NCBI GenBank assembly: GCA_965202585.1
Contig: OZ241831.1
Location: 43,338,001 to 43,402,000 of the forward strand
Direction of reading: 5' to 3'
DNA from: Thalia democratica
Taxonomy: Eukaryota
DNA length: 64,000 bases
The number at the start of each line of letters is the position of its first letter. Position 1 is the first letter of the stretch. The position numbers and the translations under genes are program-made. Below the pieces are notes generated by a model that was given only the letters and a program-made list of their open reading frames with translations, searched no databases and had not been told where the DNA came from. This document shows, piece after piece, positions 46,367 to 60,400 of the stretch.

Positions 46367-49152
46367 GTTCTCAATTAAATGAGTGCAGCAAAAAATATTT
46401 TGGTGGGAACTAGATAATAAGTATTAAGCCTAGTTATTCGAGCCTCGTACTATAGAACACTTCTAAAGTGATTTGGTGTTAATGTTTTTACGGTTAAATA
46501 TACAGCTTGTAAAACAAGTTATTGTAGGCTTGAAAGGTTTGTTGAACCTTAGTTTTATAATTGTATGATAAGTTGCAGCTTTCATTAAAGCTTAAGATTA
46601 CTATTAATTTACTTGTATTATAGCTTAAAAGAAAAAATTAACAAAACATTTGGATACAGTTATGACTTTTAGTCGTAAAAGCACGTACAAAAATCGTAGA
46701 ACTTATTTTTTTCGGTAAAAAATATTTGGCTTTTTGTGAAGTTAAGATAAATAGTAACAAAAAACTCCTGTATGAAGTTAAAACTTTCATTTATTGTTTG
46801 TATAAATAAACATTTATAGGCATTGTAGTTTTTTTTTTTTTAAGTTATTCAATTCACATAACTTCTCTAATCAATCATCAACTACAAAAATTGTTACAAC
46901 TAAAATGTAGCTAAAATATATCAAAATAAATGTAAATAAAGTACTTTTTCGTTTAGTTTAATTACTTTAAAAAATGTAAAATGTATCATAGCTGCAATAA
47001 GTTTTTCCTGTTTTGCAAGAAAAAAACATCAAATATCCACTGAAGGTCAGATAGAAAACGAGTAAACAAATTAAAAAAAAAAAACGATATCTTTAAAGCT
47101 TAACTTAAACAAAACAGTTACACTCGATACTTTTTCGTTTTAATAAACTACAACAGTAATATTAAGAAAAAAATACATTTTTCGCTAAAGATGCGTAGTA
47201 AATGATTTGATATTATAGTTTCTTTCACAAAAAACAAAATAAATTAGCTAGAAGTGTTAAAAAAAAGTTTTAAAGTACAGACTTTTAAACATTTTACTTT
47301 TTTTTGTATTATTTAAAAACTAATAGATCATTTAAAACAAGTATTTAAAACAAAAATATTTAATATAGTTTTTATCTATTAAGAACTTATAAAAAAACTT
47401 TTCATGAAACATTCAATTCCGTGAGAAACTGTTTACAAATAAATTTATATCAAATGCGTGCAACTTATCTTAGAGATATTTACTAAAATAATATTATAAA
47501 ATTTGTAAAATGCATCCAAACGCCGAAAATTAAAGTTTGATATTTTTTTAAACGAAGCTTTTTTGTCAGTTTTTTTTTTTGTCACTTTTACTAAATTTAA
47601 ATTTTACTAGTTCTATATTAATTTTAGTTTCGCAATCATAATGAACTCCGAACTAATCTATAAAATACTTAACTTCGAATAAATAGTTTTATCAAGAAAT
47701 TAATTTTCTTGCTTACGTTTCATATATGCAATAATTTAGTCATGACCTAAAAATAACAGTTATAAGAGCTACAGTCTCTTCATCTAATCAATCTACCTGA
47801 AAAACTAATGTCAAAAAATTGCAACCTCTAGATTGACTAGATTTAATGGAACTTTATTTGTAAGTGCTGGGCTGTAAAAAAATTAAAGAAATATCAGGAC
47901 AAAAAAAAACTATTTTGTTCTAATGATTATGGTAAAGATTATAATAATAAAATCTATTCAAACTTTTCATAATTGATTTCAAACCATTAAAATAAAAAAG
48001 AAATAATAAGCTTAAATTGGAACAAATGAAAATCATTGAAACTATATCAAACACTTAAACAGTTATTTTCAAAAGTATATGCTAAGTAATAATACAGTAC
48101 TACACAATTATATAAGTACAGTAATCTTGCTTTTGAGTTATACCTAAAAATGTTTTGTTCAAAGTGTTAATTAATATTTGAAAAAAAAGTGTTAAAATTT
48201 TTTGTTACTAACTAAGTATTAGTCAAAACTAAGTTTTTCTTTTATTTTATTCATATTAAATGAAATTAATCGAAAAGTAAAAAAAAACATAAAAAATGTT
48301 AATACAAGTGCAGTAAAATAAATTTGAAAACGATTATAGATAACTGTGCAGTTTCTATTAAAATTTTAATGGCTTAATAAAAATGAAAAATATTAGTAAT
48401 CATAACTAAAACTTACACATTCAAAAAACGAGCAGTGTAACTTACTTTTGCATAATTCTAATATAAAAATCGTCTGTAAGGCATTTTGAAAATATAAATT
48501 TTGCAACTCAAATCTTAAAATATTAAATTTACTTTGAAGTAAATGCTTTAGAAAGCATGTCTGTATTAGTAGCTTGCTTTTTAATTTTGGGAAACACTTT
48601 TGTTGTTGATAAGCTGTTATGAAAAAAAATAATAAATACTTTACTTGCGTTAAAATTTGATTTTATGTAAAGTTATTAGAATATTGTTCATATTAGACTC
48701 GGCTAAAAAAAGTTATTTTGCATGAACAGCAATGATAGTTTGCCCGATTGTGATTTTACATCATGTAAAATAAATCTGTAATTTATGTTACATGACTATA
48801 ATCAACCAAAATAATTCCTTACCATAAAAAAGCTGTAAATAGAGTTATGCGGTTCAATATACTCGATAGCACGTTTTGCAGTTTATTAAAAGCACTATAG
48901 CTTACAATGTATAATTTATATACCTAAAAGTAACAAAAATATTTAAAATTGTTTAAGCAAGGTACCAAACTCAAATACTGTTTGTTCTACAAAGATTGTG
49001 TAAAATAAAAGTTTTTACAGTGGTTTTATGAAAACGTGGTGTTCACATTTTTCATTGATTATCAAAAAGTTTATACTGCTTCAAAATGGTAGTTACAAAG
49101 CTTCTGTAAGCATGTCAGCGAACTTATGTGCTTACGATTTGTAAAGTTCTGT

Positions 49153-52100
49153 TCATAGTGAGGTAAAATAGTTATTTTGCATGAAAAGCAACTTGTCTAT
49201 TGGATTGTTTTCATAACTAGGCTTGCTGCATTTACTTTCTACACAAGAAACTTCTTCGCACGGGTTCGAAACCGCCGAATCTCCATTAATTGAAAATTCA
49301 GCTTGGTTTGACGGCTTGTTGTAACTCGGTGCCTGGCTGTAGCACAGTTCCTTGCAGAAATTTTGTGAAAAGGAGTTGGTAAAGTAGGAGCTTTTGTTCG
49401 ACTCCTGATGCGGTTTGCAAGTTGGTGCGGAGTTTGAGCAGGAAATTTTGTCCTCATCGAGTTCAAAACTGGGGAATTTCTGTGAAAGGCTGTCATTCGC
49501 AGTTGGAATTTCATAGCTCTTCATGTCATTACTAGAACCTTTAATCAATAAATGATTTTAGTTAGTTTCATAAAACTAAGTGTTTTAAAACTTGTTTTTT
49601 TCTTTTTACTAAACTTTTTATTTTTCAAATGAGCACGAATATTTAAACTCAAACAGTTGACACAAAAATTTTATTTCTAATTGTAAATTTATACTTATTC
49701 AACAACATAAACAACCTACTGTTCATCGTATTGAAGATTTCAATTTGCTTGTCTCCGTCCGCATTATTGTTTTGACAAAATTCCTCGTTTGTAGGAGACA
49801 TGTAGGTTGTATCTGTGGCATTCAGATGCGGAGTTGTCGGCATTGACTGGCTCGAATACAAGCTCATCGTTTCATCTGTAGTTTGTGATGAGACTTGTAA
49901 TAAAGCTAGTACAAACAAAAAAAAGTTAAAAGATTCATTTGATTTTAGGTAAAAAGAATAACACTAGGTATTTATTTACTAATGCATGCACAGAGAATTT
50001 AGTGAAATAAAATGTTTAATTTAAAAAAAGTACTTCTCATAAGCCATTGAAACACTTTGTTTGTATTTATAAGTTTGTATAAATTTGCTAGATGAACTGT
50101 GAACACTCACTGTCAGAATCGGTGTTGCTTGTTTTAGGTAAACCTTTGTCCCCTGAACTTTCTTGTTTTCGTGCTAGTTTTTTGATCTTTATGGAAGAAA
50201 GTATGGTAATAATGTACTATAATATTATTAATTATTTTAATAACAATTTAATTACATGTTGAGAAGTTTTTAGACTATTATATAAGTTGAGATTTTATAA
50301 AAACTATTTTCCTTTGTCAGTACTTATTCTAAATTTAATTTTTGACAAAGTCTATTTATAACTCTGTGCAATATGTTAAAAATCACAAGAATTAGTGTTT
50401 TATAAGCAAAATACTGCTTATAAGAAACATAAAAAATATGGTCTTTAAATATTTACTTTTTATAGTAAATATACTTAGTTTTTTAAGGGCTATATTTTAT
50501 CGAAGTATTTTATACAAAAAGTTTTTTAGTTTTATCAAAAAAAGTTGGTAGTAATTAAAATCAATGTTTTTTTAGAGGTTTACAAAGTATGTACTATATA
50601 GCGTATGCTTAATATGAAAGCTTGACATTTTGAGAAGTTTACGTTATACTTACTTTTGCTCGTTGATTTTGAAACCAAACTTGAACAACTCTCGGACTCA
50701 AACCAGTTTCGTTTGCTAAAGTTTCTCTTGCCTAAAATATTAAAATAGTTAATAAGTTTTATATTTAAATACTAAATGTTAAATTGTTCAAGTTTATTTT
50801 ACACTTAGTAGTTTTTAATGCTCAACGTAAAAATACAGTTATATACCCTATTAAAATTATTAAACCTAATAAAATAAATTTACTAAAAATCTTAACCAGA
50901 AAAATATTTAATAAAAACCTAAAATTTACATTAAACTTGATTTATATTTTTACAAATGATGTTGATCAATATTTATGAATGTTTAGTTCAAAAAAACTTT
51001 TAATAATATTAATCTTTTTTTTTTTTTAATTGTTTAGCTTTAGTAGAATTATATGAAACAGGTCGTAAGATATTACTAGTCTTAAAATTATTTCTAAATG
51101 AAAAAATAAATTAGCTATAGTAAAATTATATGAAATAGGTCGTACGAAGTTATTAGTTTTAAAAATATTTCTAACTAAAAAAAAAATTTGCTATACGAGA
51201 ACTTTTATAAAGAAGAGGTAGTAGAACGTTGCTAATATAAATATATTATTTTTAATTATTAAACATTCACTTAAGTCATAAATGTTTTGTTTATTACTTT
51301 ATAAATTTTCGTAACTTGAAAATGTTTTAAGTATATTATAATGTTTGAAATAGCTTAAGTTATGATACATACTTGCAAATAAAAAAGTTTAATAAAGGAA
51401 AGTACTTAAATAAATTCTGAATTTCTATCTAACTTAAACAAGAAAACATCACTTTTAAAATTAAACCAGTTTTTAAAAACAAACAAAAAATGCTCCCAAC
51501 CTTTCTAGTGGGTTTCTGTGATACTTGAAATGCCGATTTGAACTTTCTACGTTGCGCTGTGGTCAGAATTGTCCTCAGTCGCTTCACTCCTTCCTGCTGG
51601 CTCCTTGGATCGTCTCCTCCGTGTATGAACATACTCATGTCTCCGTGTGTATCCTCACCTACATTCCTGTACCTCGCATCAAGAACGTTGCACGAGTTCT
51701 CTGTTTGAAAAATTAAGAAATGTTTTTAAGACTGAATGTTAGCTTTTCTGAAAAAGATTTTGATGTTGTAAGCTTAAGAAGTAGTAAAAAAATTAAAACT
51801 TCTAAAGTAACGCATTTAGTTTGATAAAATACTCCATAAAGGTTTGTGGCATTGTTTGTGAAGATTGTGTTTTACACATTTGAAAAAAATATACTTGTTG
51901 AAACCAAATATTAAAAAAAAAATTTAAACAATGCGTTATCAATTATAGAACCTGCATCTGACATATTTGAAGATCCTGCTTCGGTCTGTTTATTAACGCA
52001 GGTTGATTGGTTCATTACAAAATTACATGAGAGACAGGTAATAAGGCCATCATTTTCATCTCGTTTGCAATACTGTTCTCCAGGCTGTTTGTAAGCAAGT

Positions 52101-55100
52101 TTTTAACAATTTAGTTCCTTAAAAATTAAAGATTTAAGAAGTGGAAACGAATTTAACTTATACTAACTTTTTTATTCAAAATTTTGTTTAAAAGTTAAAC
52201 AAATATTAAAAGTCTTTTAAAACTTTAAAAAATATATATTTAAGTAATTTTAGAAGTATTTAAATAATTTGTAATAAGTTTCAAAGTAAAATGTTTGTTA
52301 AGCTTTAATTATAATCAAGAAAATCACACCAAATAACAAAACAAGTATTTCCGAACAATAATAAAACTTTTTAATAAAAATTTATTGCAATTCACTCACC
52401 TTCATCAGTCGGCTGCATAATTCGCAGGAGAAACATTCAACGTGAACGGGGCCGGGAAAAACCTTGGAGTTGGCGGCTATTGGCTGGCAGCAACGTTTGC
52501 ACAGCTTCAACCTGTAAGTTGAACGTTGAATGTTTATTCTCCACGTTTGTGTGAAGTTTCAATGTTTATTTTTAATAAAACTTGTGTGAATATGGAATGT
52601 TTACTTGTGTGATTTTAGCTTGTGATCATGTGCCGGTTTACTTTCTAGACAAGCGGCCTGTCAACTTGTGAGTGAAAATTTAATTGTTGTTGTTTTTTTT
52701 CACAAGTTTGCACAGCGCGACATGGCAAACAAAAATGCTGTCAGCTGTTAAAATTTTCTGTTGTTTTTAACAGCGAAGGTGTTTTACAGGTGCTCATATG
52801 AACTTGCCGAATTTTGAGACGAGCGACGTCGAAGCTGCATTGTGACGTCATAACACAGCAAGACAGCAGAGAAAAACTTATGAAGCGCCTTCACTGTTGC
52901 GACTATGGCTCGCATTGAAACACCTGCCGAGGTGACTAAAGCAAAAGTTTTCTCTCTTTGGAAAAGAAGCCGAAAGTTTTCAACACAGAAGTGGGACACG
53001 AACTTGTGAGAACGCGTCGACAGCTGGGTTGCCACGGTAACGAGGTACGCTTTCGTCCAAACACCGTTTTTCTGTCAATCAAATCGAAGATGCGCCTAAA
53101 CACCTTTTCACGATGAAAAGTTACGGTAGCTTTGTCTGCCATTGTGACGTCACTGTGAGACGGGCGTGAAATTCTCCCATCTGCTGGACTTCGTGACTTA
53201 AGTGAACAGAAATTATTCAGCTGCTTTGTGATGATTGACGCAAATCTACAGAAGCAAAATACAAACTTTAATAAAAGAAATTGAGTGAGATGCACTTTCG
53301 TAATGGTGGATGCACGATGGGAACTTGAAAATATTTTTGAGTTTGTTGTTGGTTTCAATTTACGAAATAATTGTTGGTTGTATTAATTGTCTTTGCTTAA
53401 TGCTAGTAGAGGCTGTATAAAGTCAGTCTAATGTGTTGTACTTACCATACACATGTAGATTGTAAAAATTGTAGTTTGAAATTTAATAAAAGTGATTTAA
53501 ACAACTTATTAAATCTTATATGTGTTAAATTACCCAAACACAAATTTCTTCAATTTAAGAGACTTTCTCAACAAACTTGCAAAACAGTTCACAATTCTGC
53601 CCTCACTTTTGAAAGTCTCATGTGAAAATTCAGGTGAGAATCTCTCAGTGACAATTCAGTGGCGATGTGAAATTACATCAAAGCGTCAAAATTTTCCCAT
53701 AAAAAATAAGTTTGACGTTTCACTATATTCGCAAAACTAAACCGACGAAATTTTTTATTTTCCATTGTTGATTTTATTTTACTTTAGCTTAAATTTGTTA
53801 TTTCGAATAATAAAAAATAGTCATTGAATCATAATGAAGATTTCAATTTTTAAGAAGATAACAGTATTTTAAAAGAATTTATTTTGTTCGAATCTTTTTT
53901 TGTCATGAAATAAAAACATTGGTATCTATTTTAGGAGCTAATATAAAAATGTTTTACTTGTTTTCGCGTATATATTTATTTACAAGCATGATAAACTAAA
54001 CATTATCATTTGTTTTAAATCGCTTTAAAACAACTATGCTTCATTCAATACAAAATCGTACCAACACTTTGATATATATATACAAAAAAACTCACTAAAT
54101 TGTTTATTTATTTTTAGCAGTAGGCTTAAAAAAAAATAATAAAAGTCATTTACTGTGACAGTTTATACACAATTAATCTGTAAACTAAAGAAATTAATTG
54201 TGAAAGACAAACGACTTGCAAACGTGAATTTTTAACATGTTTAAGATTATTCTTTCAAAAACGGCCGACCTTACGAAAAGCACTGAATTTTTAAACAGCT
54301 CTAAAATGTTTTTAATCTTAAAATAGCTGCAAAGACACTAAAAATTTTGTTGCTCGGCTAAACACCACTTAGCACGCACTAATGTTTGTTTATTGTTTAC
54401 ACTCGGTTGTAAGTACACTCGAAACTTAAGAGTTATAAATGAAAAACTCAGGTATAAATGTATAGTAGAAAGCCTTCGTGAAAATTACATTATTACTTCA
54501 CTTTTAATTTTAAATAAAATTCACAATAAAATGTAGACTGTTGTTACGCTCTATGAATTATTTAATTTTAATTTTAAAGTAATAGTTTTTCGGTACAATA
54601 AATTTAAAAATCATAAACTTTCTCAAAGTAGAAATGTTTGTGTGTTTTACTAAAATGATTAATTGACTATTAGATTACTTTTATGTTTTATTTGCCGATA
54701 CGCTCCTAGTAAATAAATTTATTTCAGTTTTAATAAAAACAGAGTAAGAGTTTAAACTATGTAGTTCAAAAACTTGGCTTAAATTAGACATTTAGTTGAA
54801 AATTTTTTAAATTTGAAGATCAACACCAGGTAAAAATAGTCAAATTTTCAACTTTAATATCAAAATGTTTTAAAGGTACATGTGTAGCGCTGAACAGCTT
54901 AGCTTTAATTGTTTATTCTCATCTTGACATTGATAAAATAGAGGTTTGTTAATTCTGAAAATATCTAAGCTAGCTATTTGTATATTATTATTAGCTATGT
55001 AAACAACCGAAACTTTCTATATAGAAACTTTAATATTTAAAAAAATTAGCATACGAATTAGCTAGTTGCTTGCAAAATTAAAAAATAATTGTCAAATTAA

Positions 55101-57448
55101 TCAAGTTAACATTTGATCAACAATTTATTTACACCTGCTAGCAATTTCCGGCTGATCCCAGAAATCTACACTAATTATATTCTAACAGAGATTAAAGTTG
55201 TGAGCTAATTTGTTTTCGGTTGCAGACGAAATAAGCTGAAAGTTTCGGCTAAAAGGTGTGAACGAGTTTTATTTCCTGTTTACTGTCAAGCTGGTCCAAT
55301 TCAGACGCGGATTTGCCAAAACAAAGTTATTACAAAATAAATTCAATTAAGCACCTGAGGGAAAAAGACCTCACAAAATTCTACTTCAATACTTTTTGTA
55401 TCGTCACATACTTTTTTATAGTAACTAACTATAGTTATAACAATTGAGTAAGTGTATACTTGCCATAAAAAAATATTTTTATCGATTGTGTAATTCATAA
55501 TTTAGTTTTCTGCTAAAGAACTACTTTTCCTTTTTGAAATTCATTATGAAAATGCTTCTTCTTTAAAATGCATTATGTGTTTATTAAAAACTGCGTGTGG
55601 AGGGTTAATAATTTGATAGCAAGTTTAATTTTGGTTAAAAGTATTGGCCCTTAAGTTCAGTTTTATTTGGATGTTACTTTTTTGAAGCAGTTATGAAAAT
55701 TTCTCGCCTCTGCGCAAAAAAATTAATCCGATCGAATTTCGATTTGTTAAATTTTCACCGGCTGCCGTTTGCCGCTTCTTAACGCAATTTGACCATTGAC
55801 AAGTTTTGACGAAAATTATTTTGTTTTTCATGTGTTGAGTTTATTTTCGTAGTAGTCACTTTTTTTAAATAAACAGAACTGTGATATTAAATTCAGCTGA
55901 CATTCTCAAATGGTAATTGAAAGAACACTGAGCTGAATTGAATTATAAAGTTTGCAAAATTGCGAGCTTGTAGCGTGTATGACAATGATGATAAAAATTA
56001 TTGATATTTAAGTTAGTTTTAGCTGTAACATTATTTGTAACGGGTTTAGACATTCGAGTTGTAGTTATTCAATATAAGTGTGATCTAAGTTAGAAATAGA
56101 TAATACTTATTAAACTTAAAAGTTTTTTGATAAGAAGTAAAAAAAAAACTAAAATTAAAATTGTATGGTGCTTTTTATAAAACTCACAAATAACTATGCA
56201 AAAAATATCTATATCGGAACAATTTAATCATTAGTGATTGATTTAAAAGTCACTTTAAAGCGAAGTTTAACAGATTAAGCATTTTAATCTGCTCTTATAA
56301 TTATCTTATCTATACATCAAAGTTTCAAATGTCGTTAAGAGATTTGCTGATGACCAAAGTAGTAAATTTAACTTTGAACATGAAAATTAAGATGTTTCTA
56401 ATCAATTTTTCTCTTGAATTTGAAAAACTCGAAAAAAAAAGCAACAAAAATCTTAACTCAATCAAATTTCTTTGCAAAACTATTCTATAGACACTAAAAA
56501 AAATTTAAAAATGTTCAAATTTTTATCGTTTTCTTTCATTTATTTAATTATTAAGCAATCATTATCAAATCAAAGCAAAAATTTAAACAAATCTGTTAGT
56601 GAACAAACATAACAAAATAAAAAAGAAAAACTAGCAAAATGTATGCTAAACTAAAAATTAAGTCAAATGTATATTTATTTTTAAAGTTTAACTTCATATT
56701 ACCTTGTGTAGTGTTGATGACAGTAGATGTTCCCCTTTCTGACGTAACACTGGCTAACTAACTTTTGCTTGCACACACAGCACACCAAGCAGCCCTCGTG
56801 CCAGTTTGATTGGTCAATTTTGAGGAAACACCGGTCTCTGATTGGCTTGTTGCATCCCGCGCAGTAATGGACGCAGCTGATTGGATGTTCCTGCTCCATT
56901 GATGCTGATTCATTTGGTGAGGTTGTTGAGCAAAGTGATGAGAATATTTTTTCTTTCACTATTAAAATAAATAAGTCAGTCTTTTTTATTTAAGATTTAG
57001 TGCTAAAAACGTATTTTAATGCCACAAAATAATACAGTAAATTAAAAAAAGAGAGAATAAAGCCGTAAGAAATTTACAGATCTACAGTCTCTTAAGATTA
57101 CAAATCAAACATAGCTTTATCATTTTAAGTGTTATGAAATGGGCATATATGAGAACTACTTAAAGTGATTAAAGAGTGTTAGCAATTAATTTGTCATGAT
57201 TTACTAAACGTTCACAAACCACATAAAATTATTCACATCATTCTCAGTAAACAAATATTGCTAAAATTAGACTTTAACTTGAAAAAAGTAAAATCTCTTA
57301 GCGCCGATTTCTTAGCATAAACAAGTATCTGTGGTACTTTAGATTAAAAAATAATCTTACTTTTCAAACAATGTGCGTCCATTGTTGCTTCCATTTTTAT
57401 ATGACTGAAGGACTGAATTGATGATATTTTGAATGTTGAAATTACCAT
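49153..57448 (-). CDS. Lmx1: Lmx1-type LIM-homeodomain transcription factor, copy B (~494 aa, 9 coding exons)
   Basis: Exons: 57448-57361, 56958-56703 (LIM1), 52511-52400 and 52084-51952 (LIM2), 51700-51501 ([28 protein letters not shown]), 50731-50654 ([26 protein letters not shown]), 50186-50111, 49875-49720, 49538-49153. Lengths 88/256/112/133/200/78/76/156 match copy A; the last exon is 27 nt longer. Total 1485 nt, no stops or frameshifts seen. Confidence 0.92.
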
Positions 57449-60400
57449 GTTACATTGAACTGAAAAACATACTTGTAATTTAAACAACAAAAGATAAGTA
57501 CACAGATAGAAAATGACCGATTTAAACGCTAAAAATACTATGCTGTTTAAAAGTTTGTAATTTATATATATAGAAATGTTTTAGACAGCCACTATACAAG
57601 ATTTTAGCCACTCTATTTCACCAATTTTTTTTTTTTTGTAGTTTTAAATTTTATTTTTATAAAGGTTTTTACAACATAACAATAACAAAATAAGCTGTCT
57701 TTTTTTATATAAACACGACGCAACCAACACTTATTTAAAACAAAGCATTTAACAATTAAAAAACGAGTCTTTGGCCACTATCTTAACCTAAAGGAATAAT
57801 TCAAATTAATTTACAATAACATGTCTTTCACAAAAATGTCTTCACAATAACATGTCTTTCTTGTGTATATCGCGACACTAACAGAAACCATGACAACAAA
57901 ACATGATGCGTAAATTAGCTGACTTGTAGCATAATTTAGTTATTCGTTTTTACATTTAGCAAACTTAATAAGACCGCACAAGCTGCTTTTGAGAGCAAAA
58001 TTTCAATGTTTTCTAACTTGGGATATCTAAAAAACAAAATAACAGATATCAAAAAAATTGTTACATGATGTATTGTATTTAGTCCTTTAAGTAATGTACA
58101 GTTTACGTAATTAAATTATGGTAAAAAAGTAGAAGTTTAATTTTTATTTGAAATAGTATAACAATAAACAATAAGAAAAAATTAAAAGAATTATAAGTTT
58201 TATATACAGCTACACATTACTATAACTAATTAAAGTTATAATAAGCAAAACCAAGCTTACAAAAACAACTACAAACGTTTACATCTTGTACATAATGTTT
58301 CATAGAAAATTAAAGCTTTCGTAAACTATAAAACAAGGTTATATGATGAAAAATATGATTATATACATTGGAATTAACTTTTGATATTCTGAACTGTAAC
58401 ACTAAAAACAAATACTTATTATTATTTACAATCGAGTCTTATTTAGTCTGTCTTCATACCGTTTTAATATATTTTGACAATTTTTTTTTTCGCAAAAATT
58501 TAATTTAATGGTACATAAAAAATAAAAATGGTCAAAAATATTTTATTCTTAACGTAAGACTTCATATTGCAACACTTAATAAATGATAGCTTTCGTTTTT
58601 TACAAAAAGTACTAACTATAAAGATTAGGTTTAAATGCGTTAAAAAAAACCCTAAATTTTGTATTTGTCTTAAATTACTTGTCTTATCCAAAATACTTTT
58701 TTCAAAACGTTTAAATATAAACAAACTGTACACGTTTTCTTAGCCTTCTAAACGAGAATGATTCTAGCCCTAATTTATTCAATTAAGTCATAAGCTTTAT
58801 TAAATACTTAGTAATTAAGGTATTGTATAACTTCTTAACTATACAGTTAAGAGTGTTTTAATTTTTGATTTAAAGATGTATTGACTAATAAAATTCTCTT
58901 TAAAAAAATACTCTAAGTAACATATAAGTAATCAAATTTCTAATTTATCTAGTTTTAAAGATTTTGTAACAGATATGTTTAAAAACAAATTTATAACTTA
59001 TAAAGAGTAGGGTTAAGTTATAAAGCAAAAACACTGTGTAAATTTTTTTAAAATTTCATAATTATGCTACGTTAGCCCATGAGTATTTGATAAGCAATTT
59101 AATAAAAGATTTTATAAGGTAAACATGTTAACCCCGGATAATTATTTTTGTTGACCTGCAAGCGAACATGCTAATTACCACTTGTAACAGTGTTTTGTTC
59201 GTCATTACAAAGTGAAATTTCTCCTTTGACAGCAATCAATCAATGTTTGTCATTGCAGTTAACACGTTTATTTTTAGACTCAGTTGCTTGATAACTGCAT
59301 GCTTTTGTTTTTGCTTTGTTTTGAAAATTATACTTCATATAATGTTGTATAAAAAACCAAAGTGTTAAAAATGTTATAAATAGACATTTATTTAATCTAA
59401 TGTTAATTTTTTTCTTGTTTTTCTAATCTTAAAAGAAAAACTTTATAGTGGTAAAGATACTGTACATCGTTTTACCTTGAACATCTCAACAACAACAAAA
59501 TTAAAAGGAGTTTTTCATATTTCAACGACAAGACAATGTTGTAAAACCACACTGAAGAGTTTAAAGAAAGGTCACGTTTGTAAGCCGAAAATGGCTCAGA
59601 ATGTTATTGAAAAGGGGAATCACCGTGACAGAAATCATGTTTGAATGATGTTTCCCACCAATATTTTTATTATGCACACAGACACCGTTGTAACACTGCA
59701 CACTGTTTTCTCGTTTTTATTATAAAGTTTGCATATACAACTCAATAAAAATAACTAAAAGTAATGAAACTTAAGCTGATAGGCAACTAAAAGTACACAG
59801 TAAATTATTTTCTATATAAAACTATGCATTAAACTTTAATTTTAAGATGATGAAAAATTAAAAAAAAAATTATGCAAACACTTAGCTATTATACATTAGC
59901 AAAAAAAAGTGCTAGCTAAATCTTAGCAACATAACATTTTTTATGTTTTAACAAGATACTATTTGATACAAAATAAATTAAAGCTGAAAAACGAAGAAAA
60001 ACATAAAAATATTTTTTTTGCTTTCAAAGACTATTTTCTAAAGCTAAATAGAATAAAGTTTAAATTTTTTAAGCTAAACAATATATCCTGCTCGTAAAAT
60101 TTTTATCAATAATTAAAAATAGTCTTTCACAAAACGTTTTACCTAACTTTAATGTGTATTTTAAATAGTCAAAACTTTTAAGATAATCGACAGGAAACAA
60201 AATTTCCAACAACAAAGAACAATACATGCTTCTAATCTTTATTTTTGTATAATCCTCTTATTTTAATTATCTTTGGATTTGTTTTTGTTTTACTTGTTTA
60301 GATTCATGCTTAAGATTTGTTTAAAGGAATTGCTAGAATTAAGATTCAAAGTACACGATACTTTATTAATATAATTACTCGACTAAATAATTGTTTTTAT